64,000 nucleotides of DNA from an uncultured Acidobacteriaceae bacterium (GTDB lineage Bacteria > Acidobacteriota > Terriglobia > Terriglobales > Acidobacteriaceae). The stretch spans positions 650,169 to 714,168 of the forward strand of contig CAXTAE010000001.1 of the NCBI GenBank assembly GCA_964242225.1, read 5' to 3'. Position numbers and translations under genes: made by a program. The stretch's first letter is position 1. Each line of letters opens with the position of its first letter. Positions 19,529 to 29,583 of this stretch are shown one piece after another. Under the pieces are notes generated by a model. It saw only the letters and a list, made by a program, of their open reading frames with translations, was not told the origin of the DNA and did no database searches.

Positions 19529-20026
19529 TTACCCCTTGCCGAGACCCTCGGTCTGAAAGGCTGTTTCGGGCTCGCCCGGAAGTTTGAAATCCATTTCGGA
19601 GGGATGCGCGTCGGCGTTAATCACGGGCAGAGTCGGCAGGTTGGCCACGTCGCCGATCTCCTTCACAACCGCGGCAACCTGCTCCAGCACCTCGTCGACG
19701 CTCATGGTGTACATCTCGCGCCCGTTGTCATACCCGCTCTCAATGGCTGCCTTCAGGTAGCGGCCTGCGGCCTGCGCGGCCAGGTAATCGGTGATGACCT
19801 TACCATTGCGACGCTTCTGCTCGATCCACGCCGTATTGGGCATGGCGATCCATAAGGGGCGCTCATTCACGGCGAAGCGGATGTCGGTGGCATCGGCGTG
19901 ACGCGTGGCGATAGCGACGACGGTGCCCTTCCAGACGCAGTGGAGCGGCTCTTCTGTCCAGCGGTCGGTGGCAACGAAATCTTCATACATGAGCTTCAGC
20001 TTAGCGGGAGTGGTAGGGGTAGGCAA
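19529..20026 (-). CDS. Hypothetical protein
   Basis: 165-aa ORF with typical codon usage; no motif recognised. Confidence 0.65.
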   Translation of the reverse strand: MPTPTTPAKLKLMYEDFVATDRWTEEPLHCVWKGTVVAIATRHADATDIRFAVNERPLWIAMPNTAWIEQKRRNGKVITDYLAAQAAGRYLKAAIESGYDNGREMYTMSVDEVLEQVAAVVKEIGDVANLPTLPVINADAHPSEMDFKLPGEPETAFQTEGLGKG

Positions 20027-20167
20027 GACGTTGCGTGTTGGGTGTGTGAGTTCTTCGTGCCGTGCTTCATTGTTCGTTGTCAGGGCGCAAGCCTGGTGGT
20101 CGTTTTCGGAGTAGTACGTTTTCAGCTATTGCGGTGAGCGCATCCCAATGCGCAGAGGGCTGGAGCA

Positions 20168-20794
20168 ATGAAGATTCTGGTGATTGGGGCGGCGGGCAAG
20201 ACCGGTGAGGCAATCGTGACGCAGGCGCTGGCAGCCGGGCACACAGTGACTGCGTTTGTGCACAATACGGAAAAGTTCGTGGGCGAGGGTGCGCGTGTGA
20301 TTGAGGCCGACGTGTTGGACCCAGCGGCGGTAGAGGCCGCGGTGGCAGGGCAGGAGGCCGTGCTCGATGCCCTGGGTGGACACACGCCCTGGAAGCAGAC
20401 TTCGCTGGACGCGAACGCTGCACGAAATATCATCGCGGCCATGCATCGGCACGGGGTCAAGCGCTTGCTGGTGGTTTCGGCAATCGGTGTTGGCGGCACC
20501 GCGGATCTTGTGCCGAGCTGGTATGAGCACCTGATTATGCCGACGCTGCTGCGGGGCGCCATGAAGGACAAGGAGGCTATGGAGCCGCTGGTCGAGGCGA
20601 GTGGGCTGCAGTGGACGCTGGTACGTCCCGGACACCTGGTCGATGGCGAAGCCACCGGGCAGGTGCATGTCTTCGAGTCAGGCAACGGCGAGACGGCGCA
20701 CAAGATTACCCGGGCGGATGTTGCGGCGTTTCTGTTGGACGCACTCGCGCACGGTCGTTACATTGGATCGGCCGTCAACATCGCCTCAACCTGA
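20168..20794 (+). CDS. NAD(P)H-binding atypical SDR (flavin/biliverdin reductase-like)
   Basis: MKILVIGAAGKTG, WTLVRPG and ITRADVAAF motifs; ggag RBS. Confidence 0.85.
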   Translation: MKILVIGAAGKTGEAIVTQALAAGHTVTAFVHNTEKFVGEGARVIEADVLDPAAVEAAVAGQEAVLDALGGHTPWKQTSLDANAARNIIAAMHRHGVKRLLVVSAIGVGGTADLVPSWYEHLIMPTLLRGAMKDKEAMEPLVEASGLQWTLVRPGHLVDGEATGQVHVFESGNGETAHKITRADVAAFLLDALAHGRYIGSAVNIAST

Positions 20795-20827
20795 CGCATC
20801 CGGGCGAGGGATGGGTAAGCTGGAGGC

Positions 20828-22066
20828 GTGCGAACCTCCGCTCCCGTGTCTCTCCACCCCACCCTTCTCTTCTGCCTGCTGCTATGTGGAGCGAGCAGGC
20901 TTGCGGCGCAAGCAGCACCACCCACCACGCAAGCAGCACCACAGCCAGCTAAAGCAGCACCGGATGTGCTGATCTTCACCAATGGCGACCGGCTCACAGG
21001 CAAGCTCGAGCGAGCGACGGGCGGCACGGTCCTCTTCAACAGCGACGTGGCCGGCGAGCTCACCATTCCTTTCAGCAAGGTGAAGCAACTCGCTTCAGGC
21101 TCGGAGTTCGTAGCGCTGCGCAAGGGCGTACCGGGCAAGATCAAACCAGCGGGTACAGGCGCGGTCACCTTTGCCGACGACAAGATCACCCTGCAGCGTG
21201 GTACGGAGCCGGCGCAGACCCTGCCGGTTGCGGACCTTGGCTTCCTGATTGATGTGCCGTCCTACTCGCGGGAGGTGGATCAACGTGCCGGACTCCGGCA
21301 AGGCTGGACGGGTGCCGCCAGTGCCGGTCTGTCGTTGGTGCGGTCCACCGAGACCAGCACGGTCTTCAACGGAACACTGAATCTGGCACGAACGATACCC
21401 ACGGTGCCCTACCTTCCAAACCGGAACCGGACGACAGTCAATGTCATGGAAAGCTACGGCACCAATCGCACGCCGGTGATTCCACAGACGACGCCGGCCA
21501 GCTCGCCCGTGGTGGTACAGACCAGCATCTTTCACGCTGATTCCGAGCGAGACAAATACTTCACCCAGCGCTTTTACGCGCTCGCGGATCTGAGCTTCGA
21601 CCATAACTTTTCGCAGGGCCTGCAGCTGCAGCAGGTCTTCGGTGCCGGCATGGGCTGGACACCCGTCCAGGACGCGCGGCAGCAGCTGGATTTGCGCGCC
21701 GATGTCCACTACGAGAAGCAGCAGTTCATTGCCACGCCCGGTACTGTCGTCACGACGGCCCTAGGGGCGATCACCCTCGGCAACGCGGCTCAGGACGACT
21801 ACAACCTGATCGGCTCGACGTTTCAGGAGAACTACCGACGCAATTTGCCCCGCAAGCTGGTTCTGACGGAGTGGGCCAATATCCTGCCCGCGTGGAACGA
21901 TGCTCAGGCGTACACCGCAAATGCGTATGTTGCGTTGGGGATGCCGTTGTTCAAGCGACTGGGCGCCAACGTCTCGGCGACGGACAACTACCTGAATAAT
22001 CCCTCGCCGGGGTACCGGACGAACTCCGTGCAGTTCATTACGGCCTTGACGTACACCCTGAAGTAA
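20828..22066 (+). CDS. DUF481-type outer-membrane beta-barrel protein
   Basis: Signal peptide; DVLIFTNGDRLTGKL N-domain; C-terminal barrel ending ALTYTLK. Confidence 0.72.
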   Translation: MRTSAPVSLHPTLLFCLLLCGASRLAAQAAPPTTQAAPQPAKAAPDVLIFTNGDRLTGKLERATGGTVLFNSDVAGELTIPFSKVKQLASGSEFVALRKGVPGKIKPAGTGAVTFADDKITLQRGTEPAQTLPVADLGFLIDVPSYSREVDQRAGLRQGWTGAASAGLSLVRSTETSTVFNGTLNLARTIPTVPYLPNRNRTTVNVMESYGTNRTPVIPQTTPASSPVVVQTSIFHADSERDKYFTQRFYALADLSFDHNFSQGLQLQQVFGAGMGWTPVQDARQQLDLRADVHYEKQQFIATPGTVVTTALGAITLGNAAQDDYNLIGSTFQENYRRNLPRKLVLTEWANILPAWNDAQAYTANAYVALGMPLFKRLGANVSATDNYLNNPSPGYRTNSVQFITALTYTLK

Positions 22067-22204
22067 GCGAAGGGGCGCAAGTGTGAAAGGTAGGCATCGG
22101 CCGGCAAGCGGCTGGCGTGCGGGCATTTTTACGCAGCATTCTGCGGGATGTTCTAATGGAAGAGCGCGTGTTTCCGGCCGCAAATGCAGTAGGGAGAATC
22201 AGCT

Positions 22205-22933
22205 TTGGTAGCAAGTGTGCGTGGGGGTAGGCAGCGCGTCGTTCGCTGTTTTTTGGGCGGCGTTCTGACCGCGGTCGTGGTGCTGGCGAGTGCTGTAGGT
22301 AGGGGAAATGCGCAGGTGCGCAAACCCCGACAGCAGCGAGCCCACCGTGAGACCAATGCCAGCCGGCAGGCGCGCATCCAGCGCACCATCGACGCTACCT
22401 ATGCGCACCGTTGGGAGGTCTTCGGCGGTGGTGGCTACCTGCGCTGGCGCAGCGGTGAGGGCACCAAAAAGAACAATGAAGTGAACTGGGAAGCGCAAAC
22501 CAGCTACTACCTGAACCCGAAACTGGCGATCATTGGCGACGCGCAAGGCTCGTTTGGTAGCGCCCATGCCATTCCCTTCGACGGCTTTCCGCAGGCTTCA
22601 CGGCCGCAAATCAATGAGTACTTCTTCACCGGCGGTGCGAGCTATCGCTTCTACGCGAAAGAAAAGCTGGCCCTGAGCGCACAGGCAACGGGCGGCATCG
22701 CGGATGGTGTGTTCTCGAAGGGTGCCAAGGGGCTCACTGGTCCGGAGGTAGGACTCTGGCCAGACGGGTACAAGCCGGCGTTCAAGCTAAGCGTAAGTGC
22801 GGACTACAACATCGATCCCACTCTTGCCCTCCGCTTCGCACCTACCTATGTGGGGTCAACCTTTGGCGGGGATTTGCAGAATAGTCTGGGCTTCAATGCC
22901 GGAATCGTCTACCGTTTCGGGCGACAGAAGTAA
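22205..22933 (+). CDS. Outer-membrane beta-barrel protein (hypothetical)
   Basis: Signal-like N-terminus; amphipathic strands; C-terminal GIVYRFG. Confidence 0.7.
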   Translation: MVASVRGGRQRVVRCFLGGVLTAVVVLASAVGRGNAQVRKPRQQRAHRETNASRQARIQRTIDATYAHRWEVFGGGGYLRWRSGEGTKKNNEVNWEAQTSYYLNPKLAIIGDAQGSFGSAHAIPFDGFPQASRPQINEYFFTGGASYRFYAKEKLALSAQATGGIADGVFSKGAKGLTGPEVGLWPDGYKPAFKLSVSADYNIDPTLALRFAPTYVGSTFGGDLQNSLGFNAGIVYRFGRQK

Positions 22934-22953
22934 CGAAGGCGTTCGGAGGCAGG

Positions 22954-23214
22954 GTGATGTCAAAAGGCTGGGAGTCGAAAAATGTGGAAGAACAGCAGGC
23001 ACAGGCGCTGGAAGCGCGCGCGGACGCACAGGGTGCAGCAACGGCCAAACGCGATGACGCGGAGCTGAAAAGGAAGATTCATAGTCTGGAATTGCAGCGA
23101 GAGCGTGTGCTGAGCGAGCGAACCAGCAGCCCGCACCGCCGTAGTGCCTTGGCCATGGCTCTTGCGACGATTGAGCGTGACCTCGAACAGCTCGGCTGGT
23201 CCATCAAGATCTGA
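22954..23214 (+). CDS. Small helical hypothetical protein
   Basis: ggagg RBS; MSKGWESKNVEEQQ start; coiled-coil-like heptads. Confidence 0.65.
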   Translation: MMSKGWESKNVEEQQAQALEARADAQGAATAKRDDAELKRKIHSLELQRERVLSERTSSPHRRSALAMALATIERDLEQLGWSIKI

Positions 23215-23230
23215 GTAACTGGCTCGGTCT

Positions 23231-24010
23231 TTAACTAGTACGCCGATGCACCACATAGGCATTGGCCTGCGCGACGGGCGTGATGACCACCGTCTGTATC
23301 TCCACATGGGACGGCCGCAAAGCTGTCCACAGGATGGTGTCGGCGATGTCTTCCGCGGTAAGCGGATCGAATCCAGCGTAGACCTTCTTGGCCTTCTCCG
23401 CGTCGCCACGAAAACGGGTGTTGCTGAACTCGGTTTCCACCATGCCCGGATCAACGGTGGTGACGCGGATAGGTGTGCCATTGAGGTCGATGCGCAAGCC
23501 GTCGGTGATCGAGCGCTCGGCGGCCTTGGTGGCACAGTACACATGGCCACCGGGGTAGACCATGTGACCGGCCGTGGAACCAAGATTGATGATGTGCCCG
23601 CGACCGCGCTCGACCATGCCAGGCACCACCGTCCGAGTGACATAGAGCAGCCCCTTGACATTGGTGTCGATCATCTCCTCCCAGTTACGAACGTCGTCCT
23701 CCCAGAGCTTGGTGAGCCCCCGGCTGAGGCCGGCATTGTTGACGAGGATCTCGACCGCGCCCCAGGCATCGGGCAGGGTGTTCAGCGTGCCCTCCACCTC
23801 GTCGCGGTCCTGAACATCCAGCTCAAAACAGAAGAAGTCAGAGGCGCCTTTGTCGCGCAACTCAGCTTCCATCGCCTGTAATTTGTCGAGACGGCGAGCG
23901 CAGAGGAGCAATCTGGCACCATGCTCGGCGAAGGCGCGCGCAGTGGCGGCGCCAATGCCGGAGCTCGCGCCGGTGATCAGGACGACTTTGCCCTTCAGTG
24001 CCTCAGCCAC
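23231..24010 (-). CDS. SDR oxidoreductase (YdfG/serine 3-dehydrogenase-like)
   Basis: TGASSGIG, NNAG, YCATK (YxxxK) and DPGMVETEFS motifs. Confidence 0.88.
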   Translation of the reverse strand: MAEALKGKVVLITGASSGIGAATARAFAEHGARLLLCARRLDKLQAMEAELRDKGASDFFCFELDVQDRDEVEGTLNTLPDAWGAVEILVNNAGLSRGLTKLWEDDVRNWEEMIDTNVKGLLYVTRTVVPGMVERGRGHIINLGSTAGHMVYPGGHVYCATKAAERSITDGLRIDLNGTPIRVTTVDPGMVETEFSNTRFRGDAEKAKKVYAGFDPLTAEDIADTILWTALRPSHVEIQTVVITPVAQANAYVVHRRTS

Positions 24011-24115
24011 AGTGTCGATCTCCTTCGGTTAGCAACGTGAGTGTATGGATGCAAAGAAAGGCCGCGAGATGTTCTTCGCGGCCCTCCTGTTTCCATCCGG
24101 GTACATCGACCGCTT

Positions 24116-25705
24116 TTACTGCTGGGCAGCCCCGCCAGCGGCAGGTCCAGCGCTGGTTTGCACGCCAATCGCCTGGCCGGAGACGACCAGTTCCACACGG
24201 CGATTCTGCGCCTTGCCTGCTGCCGTACCGTTATCGGCGACGAAGTTTGTCGCGCCGTAGCCGGTAGCGGTGATATTGCTTTGCGGTACACCGTTATTCA
24301 CCATAAAGTTCTGCACGGCGTCGGCGCGGTTTTCGCTCAGCTTCTGGTTGCTGGCAGGCGAGCCCACGGAGTCCGTATAGCCCTCCACCTGCACCTTCAG
24401 GCCCTGGTAGAGCTCGAGAATGGTTGCAACCTTGGCCAGAGACACCTGCGTGTTCTGTTTCAAGGTGTACTTTCCAGTATCGAAGAGCACATCGTTAAGG
24501 TTCACCACCAGACCGCGGGGCGTCTCCGTCGTCTGCAGCACAGCATTCAGTTGCGCGAGCAGACGGGCGCGCAGAGCCTCTACACTCTGCTGGGCTGCCG
24601 CAGCTTGCTGCTGTGCCGTCGCTGCCTGGGCACGCGCATCCGCGGCGGCTACCTCGGCTTGAGAGCGCTGTGCTTCCGCTTGGGCGCGTGCCGCGGCGGC
24701 GCGATCGGCTTCCGCCTGCGCTTGAGCGGCCTGCACCTGCGATTGCTCAGCAGCCTGCTGCGAAGCGGCCGCCTGATCCTGGGCATTCTGCTGACGTTCC
24801 GCGGCCTGCTTGCGGAGAGTCGCAATACGCGCATCTTCCGAGCGCTGCACGGCCTCGCGGGCATCGGTAAATACCATCTTCACGTCTCGACGCTTGCCGT
24901 CCTGGTTCTGCTGGGCGTTGGTGATGTCAGTATTGACCTCCGCCATGATGTCCGGGGCGTACTTGTCGGCACCGGCCTCCAGGGCGATCCGCTGGGCGTT
25001 GTAGGCCTCAAACAGGGCCAACGGGGTGTGCTCGCGGTCCGTGATGGGATGCTGCACCGACTTGGAACCGCCGGTGTCGGCATACAGGCCACGGGGAAGC
25101 AGTGTGTAGTGGATGTTCACCTGCTGCAGCACACCCTGTGTGCTGTCACTGAAGACGTTCTGCGCAACAATGACGTCCGAGGGTACAGAGACGGCGTAGT
25201 AGGGCTCGGCGGTAACAATCATGCCGAAGCTCTGGAAGCCGGTAGTGACATTCAGAGAAGCTTTGCCGCCGGCGAGCTCTAATTCGCCAAGGTTCTGCGG
25301 ACGCCCGTCCGCAGAGATCGACCATAAAACGTACGTCAGGTATTCGGGACCGAAGCCGTTGGCAGGCGTGAAGCCTTCGAGATGCACCGAGATGTTGGTC
25401 TTGCCGGTGACGGGGTCTACCTTGGCCTCGCCCTTGATCGCGGGCGCGAGATTGGTTCCTTTAAAATTCACATGCGTTGAACCGCTGCGATTGACGTAGT
25501 TCACTGCATCCAGCGTGCGCTCAACGACCTTCACGTGATAAACGAAGATGCCATTCTGATTCTCAGTCACCACATCAGCCGACCGTGCGCCCGGTGCGAT
25601 CGCGGTCGGGTTTGCGACCGCCTGGGCAAACGCGGTGGATCCTAAAGCCAAGAACATGGCGGTTGCCGGCAGAACAGCCGCTGTCCGCTTCCAATTGCGT
25701 TGCAT
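24116..25705 (-). CDS. OmpA-family peptidoglycan-binding protein with coiled-coil stalk
   Basis: Signal peptide from ATG 25705; long Ala/Gln coiled coil; DVLFDTG, EGYTDSVG, LSENRADAV and NRRVEL motifs. Confidence 0.88.
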   Translation of the reverse strand: MQRNWKRTAAVLPATAMFLALGSTAFAQAVANPTAIAPGARSADVVTENQNGIFVYHVKVVERTLDAVNYVNRSGSTHVNFKGTNLAPAIKGEAKVDPVTGKTNISVHLEGFTPANGFGPEYLTYVLWSISADGRPQNLGELELAGGKASLNVTTGFQSFGMIVTAEPYYAVSVPSDVIVAQNVFSDSTQGVLQQVNIHYTLLPRGLYADTGGSKSVQHPITDREHTPLALFEAYNAQRIALEAGADKYAPDIMAEVNTDITNAQQNQDGKRRDVKMVFTDAREAVQRSEDARIATLRKQAAERQQNAQDQAAASQQAAEQSQVQAAQAQAEADRAAAARAQAEAQRSQAEVAAADARAQAATAQQQAAAAQQSVEALRARLLAQLNAVLQTTETPRGLVVNLNDVLFDTGKYTLKQNTQVSLAKVATILELYQGLKVQVEGYTDSVGSPASNQKLSENRADAVQNFMVNNGVPQSNITATGYGATNFVADNGTAAGKAQNRRVELVVSGQAIGVQTSAGPAAGGAAQQ

Positions 25706-25966
25706 TTCCTTCTCCTGGCGCGACGACTGCAACCGAACACAACCGTGCGCGTACACCCTTTCTGGGCGCTTCTGGTGGTTCGGATGCCCCGCCTGTGGGA
25801 AAGGTAGCCCCCTTTAGCGGCTCCGGATAGCACACCCGATACCACTTTTGGGGCAGTTTGGTACCCCTCTGCCTCGAAACCGTTTGAGCGCACTGCAGGG
25901 TGAAGACCCAGCCAGCCCTCTGACTTCAGTCGCGAACGGCATTGCAGCAGCGGGAAGACTCACGCA

Positions 25967-26416
25967 TCAATACCGCTTGTACGGCAGAAACTTGCCGGAC
26001 ATGGTGATACGGACGCGGTCGCCGGCCGGATTGGGCTCACGCTCGATGGCCATGTTGAAGTCGATGGCGCTCATGATGCCATCGCCGAACTCCTCATTGA
26101 TCAACTCCTTCCAGGTTGGGCCGTAGTTCTGGATGAGCTCGTAGAAGCGGTACAGAAGTGGATCAGTGGGTGGCATTACCGCGCCTTCGCCCCGGTTCGG
26201 CATCGTGGCGAGCAGGGCGGCGTCCGCCGGCTCGAGTTCGAGCAGGTCCGCAGCCCTCTGCGCCTCCTCCGCCGTCAAGGGAAACTGGCCGAGCAGCGCG
26301 GCGGTGTAGAGGATGGGCGAACTGGCGCCGAGGATCCCGGCGATGGTTGCCCAACTGAGATGGAGGCGGCGCTTGGCAGCGAGAATGCGATCGGTGAGTT
26401 CGGCACGGGCGGTCAT
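25967..26416 (-). CDS. cynS: Cyanate hydratase (cyanase)
   Basis: PTDPLLYRFYE, EEFGDGIMSAIDF and GKFLPY motifs; 149 aa from ATG 26416. Confidence 0.93.
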   Translation of the reverse strand: MTARAELTDRILAAKRRLHLSWATIAGILGASSPILYTAALLGQFPLTAEEAQRAADLLELEPADAALLATMPNRGEGAVMPPTDPLLYRFYELIQNYGPTWKELINEEFGDGIMSAIDFNMAIEREPNPAGDRVRITMSGKFLPYKRY

Positions 26417-26469
26417 GCCTGCAGAGTACCGCGCCCGTTCAAGGCAGGCACGAAGGTCCGAGCCTGCCT

Positions 26470-28653
26470 TTAAGGCAGGGTGAGGCGGAACAGGTTTTTG
26501 TGCACAGTCTTTTTCACGAATGCGAAATGCGCGAGGTCGCGTCCGGGAATCAGGCCGGACTTCGGGATCCACCGTGTTCCGACGACGGCCCCCGGCGTAA
26601 TCAAGAAGCCAGAGTCTGTCGCGGGGGTTTCCGGAATCGATTCGGACCGGCCAATCGGGATGACGAGGCTGCGCCCCGGGCTGTTCGATGAAGGGAATTC
26701 TGTCGTTACAACGAGAGAGCTGCCGTCGGAGGCCCAATCTGTGACGCAGAAGCCCTCGCAAATGCGGCGAGGGCTGGAGCCATCTACCGGGATGGCGACC
26801 ACGGATGGGCGCGTGCTGGCCGGAGACTCCGAAATCGTGGCTACAGCCCAGCGGCCTCCCGGCGACATGCCCTCAAGCTGACTGATGGGAAAGGGAACCA
26901 CTTTGGAGCGGCCCGATCCGTCCGGGCGTATCTGCTCAAGGTAGTTGGTGTTCTGTTCCGCAGCTTGATAGACGATCTGCCCGGCGGCACCAAAATGCGG
27001 TAGGACGCCATCCCGTACACCGAGGCGGACTGCGGGATGGGTGCGATCGGTCGGAGCTAGCCAGAGTTCCTCGCTGCCGTCGGGGGCAGCACTGGAAAAA
27101 ACGATCTGTGTGCCGTCCCGGCTTACGTCGTAGTCGAGCATGGTGACGCCGGGGAGGACGGTCTCGCCCCTGCCGGTTCTCGTATCGGAACGCCAGAGCG
27201 TGGCCCCTGCCTGGCCATCACCGCGACGCAGCAGGAAGTAAAGCACCGAGTCGTTCTGCCGAAACTGTGGCGGCGCAGGGTAAGTGACGACATCGCCCTC
27301 GGAGGTGAGGGCTCGCTCGCCGGCGTCGTCGTGCACCCATAGAGCGCCTTCACTGGAGCCAATAGAGGTGATGAGTGAATTGCCGGACGGCTCCACGGCA
27401 AGCCCCTCCTCTTCAGAGGCACCGAAGGTGAGCTGTTGCGGGGCACCGTCCGGGAAGCGTTGCCGCCATAGGTGACTACGCCCATCGACGCTCGCCGTAA
27501 AGTACATGCACCTGCCATCTCTCGACCAAGCGGCCGCGGTACAAGGCCCCCTTGGCCCGACGGGGCGGTTCCCATGTTGGCCCGTGAGCGCCACCACGCG
27601 GCAGGGTGCCCAGTCCCCGTTCTTGTCCATTTCGACGACCAGAAGCCATTCATGATCTGGCGAAGGGAGTGCGTAATGAGCCATGCCCCGCTGATGGGCA
27701 GGGAAGTAAATGTCCTCCTGGGCACCCCCCGTCGCCGTTCCGGTCACCACCCCGAGGTGAATACCAGAACGAGCCTCAGAGAAGAGCAGCCGGTGGGGAT
27801 CGAGCCAACTAAGGCCCGCCGCGTTGTTCAGAAAGAGGTGGGGATCCCCACCAAAGACGGACACGGCGTAGGTGGCCAGCGAGTGGAGGTCGAAGACGGT
27901 GTACGCGATCTGGGACCCGTCGGGAGAAAATGCGAGACCGTACTTGGGCCGCTTGTCCTCAGTCACCTGCCTGACTTCGCCATCGGGCAATGCCTTGATG
28001 TAAATAGGGCCAGTGGACCCAAAGCTGTCCAGCCCCCGAATGAACGCAAGGGTGTGCCCGTCGGGGGAGAGCGCGGGCGCAACCGCGGAGTCGGTCAGGT
28101 CCGTCAGCTGCTGGTAGCGCACCTCGGGCAGTGAGGTACGGCCCCGGTACGCAACGCTGGCCAGAACGGCAAGTACGGCCAGGAGAGCGCATGTCGCGGT
28201 CCCGGCCAGAACAGGGACTAGCCAGCGCCGCGCAAACGGCGCAGCCGAGGAAGGCAGGGGCGGGGCAGGCACCGCGACCGGGGCGGCCGGCGATGCGGTG
28301 GAACTGGCCGCTGCAGGTGCAACCTCCTCGGACGTGGAGACAGGCGCCAAGAAGCGGTAGCCCATACGGGTGACCGTCTGGAGGAAGCGGGGCTTCTCCG
28401 GATCATCGTGCAGGGCCGCGCGGATCTTGCGGATGGCGGTGTTGATCCCGTGCTCGGTATCGACGAAGACCTCTTTGTCCCAGAGATGCCCTGCAATCTC
28501 GGAGCGGGTGACCAGGCGGCCCTCGCTGCTGGCGAGCAGAATCAGGAGCTCCAGCGGCTTGCGTTCGAGCCGGAGGCTGTGCCCGTTGCGGAGCAGCTCA
28601 AAGCGGGCAGCATCCAGCTGAAACTCGCCGAACTGGTACGTGGGACCGGTCAC
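26470..28653 (-). CDS. Membrane one-component regulator: OmpR/CadC-type winged HTH, TM helix and PD40/TolB-like beta-propeller
   Basis: YQFGEF...LERKPLELL...AIRKIRAALHDDPEKPRFLQTVTRMGYRF, then one TM helix and repeated SPDG blades. Confidence 0.85.
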   Translation of the reverse strand: MTGPTYQFGEFQLDAARFELLRNGHSLRLERKPLELLILLASSEGRLVTRSEIAGHLWDKEVFVDTEHGINTAIRKIRAALHDDPEKPRFLQTVTRMGYRFLAPVSTSEEVAPAAASSTASPAAPVAVPAPPLPSSAAPFARRWLVPVLAGTATCALLAVLAVLASVAYRGRTSLPEVRYQQLTDLTDSAVAPALSPDGHTLAFIRGLDSFGSTGPIYIKALPDGEVRQVTEDKRPKYGLAFSPDGSQIAYTVFDLHSLATYAVSVFGGDPHLFLNNAAGLSWLDPHRLLFSEARSGIHLGVVTGTATGGAQEDIYFPAHQRGMAHYALPSPDHEWLLVVEMDKNGDWAPCRVVALTGQHGNRPVGPRGPCTAAAWSRDGRCMYFTASVDGRSHLWRQRFPDGAPQQLTFGASEEEGLAVEPSGNSLITSIGSSEGALWVHDDAGERALTSEGDVVTYPAPPQFRQNDSVLYFLLRRGDGQAGATLWRSDTRTGRGETVLPGVTMLDYDVSRDGTQIVFSSAAPDGSEELWLAPTDRTHPAVRLGVRDGVLPHFGAAGQIVYQAAEQNTNYLEQIRPDGSGRSKVVPFPISQLEGMSPGGRWAVATISESPASTRPSVVAIPVDGSSPRRICEGFCVTDWASDGSSLVVTTEFPSSNSPGRSLVIPIGRSESIPETPATDSGFLITPGAVVGTRWIPKSGLIPGRDLAHFAFVKKTVHKNLFRLTLP

Positions 28654-28733
28654 TGAACCCCTTCTCGGACGAGATGAACACCGCTGCGGGCTCCATGATA
28701 GCCGGCAGGTTGCTGAATCGAGGCTGATTACCG

Positions 28734-28774
28734 CTTCACCACAACTTCACCTCCGGCTTTACCTCCCCTTCATT
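28734..28774 (+). promoter_or_regulatory. Four phased direct repeats (CTTCACC-like), candidate wHTH operator
   Basis: cttcacc at 28734, cttcacc at 28745, ctttacc at 28757 and cttcatt at 28768; spacing 11/12/11 bp. Confidence 0.55.
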
Positions 28775-28836
28775 GCTTCTGCGAGTCGGGCGGCGTCACC
28801 TCAGGGTCAGCCGGTGACCCGGCAGAGGAGAGAACC

Positions 28837-29469
28837 ATGAGAACGAAGTTTTTGAGATGGGTATCGGCAGTCTGTGGGCTGGCGCTTGCGGTAACGCTGC
28901 TGCCGAGCGCCGAGGCACAATGCGGCGGGGTGCCGAAACCCCTCAAGCCGATGAGCTGGCAGGCGGAGACCGGAGAGGCGCGCCTGAAGCTGGCCGCGTT
29001 ACAAAGCGTGAACGATAACTCGCCTGTCCCGTCCATCGTGGGCATGTGGCACGTAACGTTCACAGCTACGACGAGCAACGGCAAAGTGATCCCGAAGACC
29101 GTAATCGATAACGCGGTGGTGGTCTGGCATAGCGACCAGACGGAGATCATGAACTCCGCGCGTCCTCCGCAGGACGGCGACTTCTGCCTCGGCGTGTGGG
29201 AGCAGACGGGAGAGCTCAGCTATGCTCTCAACCACTTTGCCTGGATGGCGAACGATTACGTACCTGGGAGCGCGGAGGGCGTTGTCGGACCGCCTATCGG
29301 CGGAGTGCACATCACCGAGGCCGTAGCCCTGGGCCCCGGTGGCAAGCACTTCGCCGGTATCTTCACGTTGGATCAATTCGACACGACAGGGCGCATCACC
29401 CAGAGCTTTACGGGTGCGCTGAAGGCAACGCGCATCACCATGAGTACGATGATCGGCGATCTGCTCTGA
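28837..29469 (+). CDS. Secreted hypothetical protein (probable beta-barrel, two mature Cys)
   Basis: gaggag RBS; signal peptide ending AEA; SIVGMWHVTF and GDFCLGVWEQTG strands. Confidence 0.75.
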   Translation: MRTKFLRWVSAVCGLALAVTLLPSAEAQCGGVPKPLKPMSWQAETGEARLKLAALQSVNDNSPVPSIVGMWHVTFTATTSNGKVIPKTVIDNAVVVWHSDQTEIMNSARPPQDGDFCLGVWEQTGELSYALNHFAWMANDYVPGSAEGVVGPPIGGVHITEAVALGPGGKHFAGIFTLDQFDTTGRITQSFTGALKATRITMSTMIGDLL

Positions 29470-29583
29470 GAGATCGTATCGCTGTAGCTGAGCTTATGAC
29501 TCGACTAGATGAAAACGAAGGAACGGCCTCCCACGTTGTCAGGTGTGGGAGGCGGTTTCTGCGAGTTATCCGAACAGGGAGCT

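Noticed and set aside
25967-26761. 264-aa extended cynS from the ORF track
   Set aside because: The extension overlaps the 3' end of the upstream wHTH gene; cyanase homology begins near ATG 26416.
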